DNA of 25,236 nucleotides from a virus. Taxonomy: Duplodnaviria; Caudoviricetes. How positions within the stretch are numbered: position 1 is the first letter of the stretch; each line of letters starts with the position of its first letter. A program made the translations under genes and the position numbers. This document shows positions 1 to 7,148 of this stretch, one piece after another. The DNA lies in the IMG/VR virus record IMGVR_UViG_3300025674_000356, positions 1 to 25,236 of that record, one strand, 5' to 3'. Under the pieces are notes generated by a model. It worked only from the letters and a program-made list of their open reading frames with translations. It was not told the origin of the DNA and ran no database searches.

Positions 1-3000
1 GTCCGGCACCTGAGCCGCAGGCGGCGGCGTCGGCGCTCTCGCGGGCCTGGAGGCCGTCACGTCAGGCGTACGCGGCGGCTCAGCCTGCGGCGGCAGCGGG
101 CGCTCAGCAGCCTGCTTTGCCCGCTCATTCTGCTGACCCTGCACCTTTGCCATTGCGCGGTCGTGCTTCTTCCGTGCGGCCTCGGCACTAATGCCCAGCT
201 TCTTGCCGATGCTGGCAAAGCTCTCGCCCTTGGCCCTCTCCAGCAGGGCCTGCTGCTCATCTTCCTTGAGGTCGCTGAGCACAGACATCAACTGGGCACG
301 TGTCTCCTCCTGCTGCATCCGCGCCTCAGGAGCATCCATGTCCACGTCCTCGATGTCGAAGGTGCTCTCACCCTCCGGCACGCTGATGGTCTGCTCGCGT
401 GTGGCCTGCCGTTTCTCTGCCCCATAGAACTTGGCAGCGTCCCTGATGCGGTTGTTGACGATGGTCGCCAGTAGCTTCTTGGCCTCGGCCATCGGCAGGC
501 GCGGCTGACTCAGAAGCTCCATCACCGCTGGGCTGGACAGATCCTCTGGATCCATCTTCTGCTTCAGCATGGCGCTCATCTTGTTACGCGCCACACTCAC
601 CCCTACGTCTAGCAGCTCCGTGATCTCGTCTGTCGTGTAGTCCTCGGTGCCGAGCGACACGTCTTTGTACGAAGCGACCTCCCGTGTGCCGTCCTCGGAC
701 TCCCACACCGCGCCATCGTAGCCAGCAGCGCGTGCCCGGTCAGTGAACTCGCGGGACCACTCCTCGTTGGTCTGCTGATCGCCGTCCCAATCTGGCTTAG
801 CCTGAACGCCAAGTGCTTCAGCAACGCGCTCAGCCCCTGCCTTCTTGTCGCGGCCAATGACGATAGCGTTGTTCAGCCTGACCGGGGCCTCATACACCCG
901 GTCGTCGTTCATTTCAGCGTAGAACTGGGCTACCTGCCTGCTTGACGAGAAGTAGACAGCTATGCCGAAGTACCCCTTGTCCTTGCTGCGACGGGGGTAG
1001 TCAGCAAGCAGCTCGCCGTACACCTCAGTGGACGCGCCGTGGTACAGAACGTCGTCAACCTGCGTAGTCTCCAGGTCAGGCTGGGCAGCCTCCGCCGGGC
1101 GCGGGGCCTCTGGAGCTGCAGGCTGTTCTACAAACCCAGTCTCCTGCTCAGCAAAGAAGCCCTGGCCCTCAAGCTCGATGACCTTTTCGACAGCCTCGTC
1201 AAGCTTGTCGCCCAGGTAGGGGTCTACCGTAAACGTCTCCCCAAAGTTTTTGGGGCGGCGAGTCTCCGCTAGATACCACCCCGCTATCCCGCCGCTGCCA
1301 CCGTCCGGGTTGCGCACCACCCCAACCTCACGCCCGCTTGAAAGCGTGAGGTACGTCACCATCCGCTCGTCTTCATCGCGTGCCCGACGCCTTGAGACTA
1401 CCGTGACCGGCTCATCGGCAACGGGCGCAGGCTCGGCAGCGGGAGCAGGGGGCTCTGCAGCAGCAGGCTGTTCGGGCTCAGGGACAAACCTTCGAAGGCG
1501 CACCCTGCCGCGTGGCATTGCGGAAATAACTTCACTGACCGCTGCCGCCTGATCGCCTGACAGCTCTGGCTCGACACTACTCAGCCACTCAGTACCGTCG
1601 ATATAGCTGTCAATATGAAACCCGGTGCCGCCCCCTTCTCTCGTCCCCCCGGTATCCTCTTGGGCATCCAGCTCAATGTTAATTAGCGTCTGATCAACAC
1701 TATCCCGTTGCTGCTCATCAATTACCCCGCGCTCCACCAAAGGCTGTAGAGCAGCTTTCACGTCCCCTTCCACAAACGTGGTTTGGTAATCGCTCTCCAG
1801 GGGCAGAACACCAGCGTCCTGTATGGCGACCTTGTCTGCCTCATTGGACTTGAGCTGCTTGAACTTTGCCGGGGTAACCAGAGCGACCCTAACAACGCGA
1901 GAGCCGGGTCTCGACCTGGATTCTTTTTGGCGAGCCAGCTTTTTGCTGCTGTGGTAGCTCGCCTTCTCATGCGGGTAACCATAAACCACAGCATGCGTAT
2001 ACTTGCGATCAGCAGACTTGCGGAGGAAGACCGTGCCGTCCGGCTTCAGGACGACGTAATGGTACGGCCCTTTGTCTGGGTTGCCCCGGTCACTCGAATC
2101 GAATTCAAGAGAATCATCTTCAGGGCGCTCAGCAGGGGGCGTCGGGAACTCAGCCACGCCCACGTCAGGGATAGCATCCCACTCTTCCTGTAGCTCAGCC
2201 TCTCGCTGCTCCCGCTGGCGCTGCGCTTGACGAGCACGCCCCTCAAACGAGGCTTGGTCAGACACATCGACATCCGGCAGCCCTTCCTTGCGGTACTGGA
2301 TTACAGCCTGGGCTTGGTCTGCCCACTGGAACGCAGCGTTGAGGTCAGCCTCTGTGTACGGTGACTGCTCTGGCAGCCCACGCCGCTGACGGTCTGCTGC
2401 TGCCCGCTCGTTGATGGCCTGCAGCGCCTTAGCCACTCTGTCTGCTGCAGTGGCGTACTGCTTAGGAGCAAGGCCTACCAGCCTGCGCATCACGCGCTCG
2501 ATAGCCTGGAACAGGCGAGTCAGAACGCTGCGACCATCAGACGTACCAAGCAGGTCGGCACGCAGATCACGAGCAGCGGGGTTGTCCGGCTGGATCAACT
2601 GCGGCAGCAGGTACTCCAGGAACGCAAAGTACTCGGCGCTGGCCTCATCCAGCTGAGCGTACTCTGCGTCTGCCGGGTCCCATCCGCGCCAGGGGTTCTT
2701 CCCTGACTGCTCGATGTACTGCTGCAGCATCTCGTCCATGCGCTCAGGAGCAACCTTCTTGAGCGCCTGGAGAAACTCCTTCTGCCGCACAGCACCAAGG
2801 CTGCGCCCCAGATCGTGAGCTAGCTCGTGGTAGATGATGTGCTGCGCAGCGTTCTTGGCATCCACGTTGATGGAGATGCTGCCCGGCTGGCGGCTCCACC
2901 CACCCACGCCAGCACGCTCTGACCTGTACAGGTACACCCTGGTGCCAAAGGCCTCGGCTACCTTGATAGCCTCACGCAGTTGAGGGCTAGCCTCCTCGTG

Positions 3001-4455
3001 AGGAACAAACTGCGCGTCGCTGCTGAGCTTGCCTTCCCGCTTAAAATCCTCAAGGGCCACGATGTTCTCGTCGCCCTCTTCCGGCAGCACGTCGTACTCC
3101 GGGCGGATCGTCTCTCGCGGGCCTTCAGGCGTCGGCTGAAAGCCTTCGGCCTCCTTGTCTTCCAGGAGCCGCTCGCTCAGCTTTGCGTTAGCCGCCCACA
3201 CTTCTGCAAACGGGACGCGCTCGCCGTCACGCACCAGCCGGTACTTGCCTCGGCGGTCCATCTCAACGGCCACGTCACCCGGAAGGTTGGCCGCATTAGT
3301 GCGGGCTGCTTGCTCAGTCTGGAACCACGCTGACCTCCCCTGCATCGTTGCATGCAGGCCTGTCACGCCAGCCTCCATGCCCTGACCGAACGCAGCGAAT
3401 GCGGCGTACTCCGCCAGCGTGTCCATGTCCATCGACGGCAGCGCACCCCAGAAGGTCTCGTGCATGTCGAGCCCAGGGATGATGTCCGAGGCCCAGCGAC
3501 CCAGGTCGCCCACCACTTCCTCTGCCATCTCCGACAGGCCGCCGCTCTGGAAGCCCGTCTTAGCCAGCATGCGCTTGGCTGCCTCCTCGCCGTACTTGGC
3601 CGACGCCCTGCCGAACGCACGCTCCTGGACCTTGCGGGCCAGCAACGCCAGCGGGTCGTACTTGCCCATGAGCTTGCCGACGGTGGTGCTTGCGATGGCA
3701 CCACCAGACATCTCCGACGCCTGCTCCATGAACTGAGACACAAACGCCTCAGGCAGCATGTCCACTACAGTCGGCAGCTCAGAGTCGAAGGCAACGACCA
3801 TCTGCTGCTCTTCGTTGGGCTCGACCCTGATGCCAGACGCTTGCAGCGAACGCTGCGCAGCCTCGCCTGGAATGCGGGGCAGGCCCGCCGTGGCCGCACG
3901 CAGGGCAGCCTCAGTACCAAAGGTCGAGATCTTCCTGAACAGGCCGTCCTTGAGCTTCTTCTCAGCAAGCTCCTTTGCCGCCTCGAAGCCCAGCCGCTCC
4001 AGCGCGACACCACCCAGCAGGAACTCAGCCGCAAACGTCGGTGACTGTGACAGCAGACTGGTGAACGTGTAGCCAGCAGTCGTAGGACGCGCCTGATCAA
4101 TCAGGGCTCGCATCACCTGCTCTTGCTCTGCAGGCGTAGCGGTCCCCTCCTGCATCTTGCGGGCAGAGTCCATGAAGCCCACAAGCTCGATGCTCTCCTT
4201 GCCCGCACCTACTAGCGGGACATAGTCAAAGAAGCCCTTCTCGAAGAACCCTGTCCCCAGAGTCTTCTCCTCGAACAGACCTTCGTCCATGTACTGCTGG
4301 AAGTTCGGCAGATACGGCAGGCCGCGTTTGCCCAGGAGGTAGCGCATGTGCTCCTCCGGCAGCGGCAGACCGTTGTTGCCCTTGCGTGCCAGCCAGTAGG
4401 TCTCTTGGAACTTCTCCTGAGACCAGACGTTGTCAGATTGCGGGGCGGTAGTCAC
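1..4455 (-). CDS. Large polyvalent (ejection/internal virion-type) protein, 3'-truncated by the window: N-terminal helical region, gluzincin metallopeptidase, small accessory domains, ADP-ribosyltransferase, ECF sigma-factor-like domain
   Basis: Not in the ORF track because it has no stop in the window. Reading every triplet of this frame from 4455 to 1 gave no stop (at least 1485 codons). The GTG start overlaps the upstream TGA (GTGA, 4452-4455). Begins MTTAPQSDNVWSQEKFQETYW. Contains IIYHELAHD (2815-2829), VLYHGAST and GYFGIAVYFSS (about 915-1050), and DPEDL...LLATIVNNRIRD...GESFASIGKKLGISAEAARK (about 140-630). Position after two ejection-like genes matches podovirus internal virion proteins. 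Confidence 0.9.
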   Translation of the reverse strand, partial: MTTAPQSDNVWSQEKFQETYWLARKGNNGLPLPEEHMRYLLGKRGLPYLPNFQQYMDEGLFEEKTLGTGFFEKGFFDYVPLVGAGKESIELVGFMDSARKMQEGTATPAEQEQVMRALIDQARPTTAGYTFTSLLSQSPTFAAEFLLGGVALERLGFEAAKELAEKKLKDGLFRKISTFGTEAALRAATAGLPRIPGEAAQRSLQASGIRVEPNEEQQMVVAFDSELPTVVDMLPEAFVSQFMEQASEMSGGAIASTTVGKLMGKYDPLALLARKVQERAFGRASAKYGEEAAKRMLAKTGFQSGGLSEMAEEVVGDLGRWASDIIPGLDMHETFWGALPSMDMDTLAEYAAFAAFGQGMEAGVTGLHATMQGRSAWFQTEQAARTNAANLPGDVAVEMDRRGKYRLVRDGERVPFAEVWAANAKLSERLLEDKEAEGFQPTPEGPRETIRPEYDVLPEEGDENIVALEDFKREGKLSSDAQFVPHEEASPQLREAIKVAEAFGTRVYLYRSERAGVGGWSRQPGSISINVDAKNAAQHIIYHELAHDLGRSLGAVRQKEFLQALKKVAPERMDEMLQQYIEQSGKNPWRGWDPADAEYAQLDEASAEYFAFLEYLLPQLIQPDNPAARDLRADLLGTSDGRSVLTRLFQAIERVMRRLVGLAPKQYATAADRVAKALQAINERAAADRQRRGLPEQSPYTEADLNAAFQWADQAQAVIQYRKEGLPDVDVSDQASFEGRARQAQRQREQREAELQEEWDAIPDVGVAEFPTPPAERPEDDSLEFDSSDRGNPDKGPYHYVVLKPDGTVFLRKSADRKYTHAVVYGYPHEKASYHSSKKLARQKESRSRPGSRVVRVALVTPAKFKQLKSNEADKVAIQDAGVLPLESDYQTTFVEGDVKAALQPLVERGVIDEQQRDSVDQTLINIELDAQEDTGGTREGGGTGFHIDSYIDGTEWLSSVEPELSGDQAAAVSEVISAMPRGRVRLRRFVPEPEQPAAAEPPAPAAEPAPVADEPVTVVSRRRARDEDERMVTYLTLSSGREVGVVRNPDGGSGGIAGWYLAETRRPKNFGETFTVDPYLGDKLDEAVEKVIELEGQGFFAEQETGFVEQPAAPEAPRPAEAAQPDLETTQVDDVLYHGASTEVYGELLADYPRRSKDKGYFGIAVYFSSSRQVAQFYAEMNDDRVYEAPVRLNNAIVIGRDKKAGAERVAEALGVQAKPDWDGDQQTNEEWSREFTDRARAAGYDGAVWESEDGTREVASYKDVSLGTEDYTTDEITELLDVGVSVARNKMSAMLKQKMDPEDLSSPAVMELLSQPRLPMAEAKKLLATIVNNRIRDAAKFYGAEKRQATREQTISVPEGESTFDIEDVDMDAPEARMQQEETRAQLMSVLSDLKEDEQQALLERAKGESFASIGKKLGISAEAARKKHDRAMAKVQGQQNERAKQAAERPLPPQAEPPRTPDVTASRPARAPTPPPAAQVPD
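140..630 (-). other. ECF sigma-70-like domain (regions 2 and 4) within the polyvalent protein
   Basis: Region 2-like: VARNKMSAMLKQKMDPEDLSSPAVMELL...KKLLATIVNNRIRDAAKFYGAEKRQATREQ. Linker: DAPEARMQQEE. Region 4 HTH: LMSVLSDLKEDEQQALLERAKGESFASIGKKLGISAEAARKKHDRAMAKV. Confidence 0.82.
660..1050 (-). other. ADP-ribosyltransferase domain (H-Y-E clade, ART-PolyVal-like) within the polyvalent protein
   Basis: VLYHGAST...KDKGYFGIAVYFSSSRQVAQFYAE...RVYEAPVRLNNAIVI...AAGYDGAVWESEDGTREVASY. The YHG, GxxxYFS..A..Y, GYDG and terminal catalytic E motifs are in canonical order. Confidence 0.82.
2620..2935 (-). other. Gluzincin-type metallopeptidase (MPTase-like) domain within the polyvalent protein
   Basis: GVGGWSRQPGSISINVDAKNAAQHIIYHELAHDL: edge strand plus HExxH, followed about 55 aa later by DEASAEYF (ExxAE third-ligand motif, E at 2644-2646). 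Confidence 0.8.
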
Positions 4456-6083
4456 TTTTTGCGGGCGTTGCGGGCCTCTCGCTTCATGATCTCGGCAATG
4501 CGCTTGTCCGCAACCTTGATCCTGTTCTCCAGCTTGCGGATCTCTTTCTGCTCCGCGTCAATCACCTTCTGAGCAGCCTCAGCCTTGCTCTTCAGGCGGC
4601 TGTAGTTCATATCGCCCTTGTCAGGGTTGCTAGCCATGTAGTCCTGAAACTGCTGCACGATCTCCTGGGCGTCTTCCAGCTTACGCTGAGCCTTCTTGAT
4701 GAGCGTGCGGTGGCCACGATTCTTGTTCTCGTGCTCAAGGATCTCAGGGTTTTTCTTAGGTGCGCCCGACGCCCGCATACGAGCCGCCTCAACCTCTTCC
4801 TGCTCGCTAACCTGCTGCGAAGGGGCCGGGGGCCTTGCAGGCGCAGGCTCTTCCTCGATTAGCGGAGCGACAGGGGAGCCCATGGGCGGAGGCTCAGGGA
4901 CCGGCTCTTGCACAGCAGCGGCGGCAGCAGCAGCAGCAGGCTGCGGCTCGCTTTCTACTGGCGAGGAGTACGGATGAGAGGCAGCCGGAAGAGCCGTCCG
5001 CCCTTCAGGCTGGGGCTGCCTACGGTCCACCCCCTGCCCGGCAGCGTTTAACCCTTGCCCGGCTGCGATAAGCTGCTGCAGGGATGGGGGCGCGTCCTCA
5101 ACGCCAGCAGCCTGCTCGATCCCGCTAGTGCCGGGCTTGACAGTGCCGGGATCTACCCCTTCAGGCCTAGCCTTCGGGGCCATCGGCAACGGTATTACGT
5201 CCACCTCGCCCCGGGCCATCTGCTCGTTCAAAGGGTTCATGGACCTCATGAAAGCATCCATGACCTCTTGTGAATTCCGTGTGTCGTACGGACTGAGAGC
5301 ACTCTGCGCGTTGATGAGGGCTGTCTGCATGGCCGGAGTCCACTGGCCTGCCTCCTGAAGCGCGATAGCCAGACCGTTCATCTTGCCTATCGACTTCTCG
5401 ATACCCTGGACCCGGTGCTGCTCTTCCGCCACTACAGCGTGCTTCTCCTCTACAGCCTTCAGCGCAGCCGCTGGGTCCTGAGCGCCTAGCGCAGCGATCT
5501 GCTGTGCCTCCATGTCAGTGAACATGCCTTTCTGCTGCCCGCTCATCAGCAGACCGCCCAGGCGCTCCCGCATTGCAGAGCCACGAGCCTCTTCTTGCTG
5601 CAGCTTGACGCTAGCCAAGAATCCCTTCTGATCATCTGGGGACATCTGGCTGTACAGCTGCATGACCCTGGGGTCATCGAACGGGTCGTCGTAGTGAACG
5701 CCCGCCCGAATGTCGGTGACCGAACCTTGCGGCCCAGAAGAGACGCCCAGCTGCCTCATCACGTCAAACTGATTAGCGGCAAGCACGCCAGCGCCCTGCG
5801 GCAGCGCCTTCATCGCCTCCATCTCATACAGCTGGCGAGCGGCCTCCTCCTCCGCAGCTGCTTGCGCCTGCTCCGCCTCATACTGCTGCTCCTTTAGGCC
5901 AAGCTCGCGCTTCTGCAGGTCCATCGCCTCCCGCGCCATCTCATTGGAAAACTTCTGCTGCTTCTGGCTGGCTTCAAACTCGCGTTGCCGCTGCCGCAGG
6001 CTTTTGTAGGCCATCATCTTTTGATAAAGACTCGAACTGCCCTGAGCCCCTTGACGACCGCCAGCAAAAATAATTTCAACCAT
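4452..6083 (-). CDS. Putative ejection/internal virion protein (Q/E/A-rich coiled coils, central Pro/Ala linker)
   Basis: ORF track 4452..6113. The ATG at 6083 (MVEIIFAGG) avoids overlap with the upstream gene and follows AGGGG. Helical composition, and it lies between a pilot-like gene and the giant polyvalent gene. Confidence 0.65.
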   Translation of the reverse strand: MVEIIFAGGRQGAQGSSSLYQKMMAYKSLRQRQREFEASQKQQKFSNEMAREAMDLQKRELGLKEQQYEAEQAQAAAEEEAARQLYEMEAMKALPQGAGVLAANQFDVMRQLGVSSGPQGSVTDIRAGVHYDDPFDDPRVMQLYSQMSPDDQKGFLASVKLQQEEARGSAMRERLGGLLMSGQQKGMFTDMEAQQIAALGAQDPAAALKAVEEKHAVVAEEQHRVQGIEKSIGKMNGLAIALQEAGQWTPAMQTALINAQSALSPYDTRNSQEVMDAFMRSMNPLNEQMARGEVDVIPLPMAPKARPEGVDPGTVKPGTSGIEQAAGVEDAPPSLQQLIAAGQGLNAAGQGVDRRQPQPEGRTALPAASHPYSSPVESEPQPAAAAAAAAVQEPVPEPPPMGSPVAPLIEEEPAPARPPAPSQQVSEQEEVEAARMRASGAPKKNPEILEHENKNRGHRTLIKKAQRKLEDAQEIVQQFQDYMASNPDKGDMNYSRLKSKAEAAQKVIDAEQKEIRKLENRIKVADKRIAEIMKREARNARKK

Positions 6084-6093
6084 CAGTAAGCCC

Positions 6094-6885
6094 CTATGCG
6101 TCCTTGCCCGCACCTGCGATTGTCGCGCCGATGTCTGCCACCTGTTGAATGTTCTCTAGCGGCGACAGCGGGATGATGTGCGTCAGACCCTGCATCAAGC
6201 CAGCGCGAGCTTGTCCGTACTGGCTGTACATTTGACTTTGGTTGGCGTACAGCTGCGCAAGCGTTGACCCAAGATTCGTCTCTAGGCCAGCTAGCTGCTG
6301 CCCCTGCTGGGCAAACATGCTGCCTATGTCCTGCCCGTACTGCGTTTGGGTCTGCGCTCGCTCGCTAGCTGCCATCTGGGCGATCTGGCCCAGCTGCCCG
6401 CTCTGCTGCGCAAACGCGCCTGACATGCCCTCCGCTGTCTGCGCGGCGATGTTGCCTGCCTGCGCTGCGCGGGTCGCACCGCCTAGTCCGCTAGACACTG
6501 CCTGCTGACCCATGGCCGCAAGGGCTTGCTGCTGCGCCTTCAGGCTTGCCTCTACCGCGCCCGCTGCCCCAGCCCCAATGCGCTGCTCTGCCTGCGACTG
6601 CCCAGTTGCAAGAGAGGCCATCGCGCCTTCATACGCCCTGCGACGAGCGCCGCGAGCTTGGCCGTAGCCTGTCTCCAGAAGACCAGCGCCGCGCTCTGTG
6701 CCAGTGCGCAAGGCTGACTCTGAGCGGCCTAGCATCTGCTGCATCAAGTCGAAGAACGTGGTGCCCTCCCCGGGACCACCCAGCTCCGCTAGACCCTTTG
6801 CCAGCTGCTCTTTCGCAATTCTGTTGGCTTTCTCGACATCGCTCTTTCCAGTGATATCGTCTAGCACATCACTAAACCAACCCAT
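6094..6885 (-). CDS. Putative DNA pilot/ejection protein (Gly/Ala/Gln-rich)
   Basis: MGWFSD N-terminus and G/A/Q-rich helical repeats (GQQLAGLETNLGSTLAQLYANQ) typical of small podovirus ejection proteins. AGGAG RBS and TGATG overlap. Confidence 0.65.
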   Translation of the reverse strand: MGWFSDVLDDITGKSDVEKANRIAKEQLAKGLAELGGPGEGTTFFDLMQQMLGRSESALRTGTERGAGLLETGYGQARGARRRAYEGAMASLATGQSQAEQRIGAGAAGAVEASLKAQQQALAAMGQQAVSSGLGGATRAAQAGNIAAQTAEGMSGAFAQQSGQLGQIAQMAASERAQTQTQYGQDIGSMFAQQGQQLAGLETNLGSTLAQLYANQSQMYSQYGQARAGLMQGLTHIIPLSPLENIQQVADIGATIAGAGKDA

Positions 6886-7148
6886 CACTCACTCCTAATC
6901 AAACCGGCGTTGCGAAGCTCATTGACCAGCGACGTGACGTAGTCCGCCAGATTCGCCACAGTGTCAGTCGGCGGAGAGCCGGGGTCCGCCGCCCCCTTGA
7001 TCCGCAGGCGCTGACGGTCGTCTAGCTCTAGCGACGCATCAATGCGCACGTCCGACTCAGCCAGCTCAGCCTGATGGTTGCGACGATTGCGCGGGTCTGC
7101 AGCGCCGAGGGTGCTGCTCACGCTGCCTGATAGGGCACGGCCAGTCAT
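6885..7148 (-). CDS. Small hypothetical virion-associated protein (87 aa)
   Basis: ORF track 6885..7205. The ATG at 7148 (MTGRALSG) makes an ATGA overlap with the nozzle-gene stop, so it is the likelier start. The C-terminal LADYVTSLVNELRNAGLI helix is reminiscent of head/tail fibre ends. Confidence 0.6.
   Translation of the reverse strand: MTGRALSGSVSSTLGAADPRNRRNHQAELAESDVRIDASLELDDRQRLRIKGAADPGSPPTDTVANLADYVTSLVNELRNAGLIRSE

Noticed and set aside
57-4572. Many short ORFs on both strands in the ORF track
   Set aside because: Antisense or off-frame shadows of the uninterrupted minus-strand gene at 1-4455 and its upstream neighbour; no recognisable motifs.
4913-4940. (GCA)n/(GCG)n trinucleotide run
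   Set aside because: Encodes an in-frame poly-Ala linker; not a CRISPR or phase-variation repeat.
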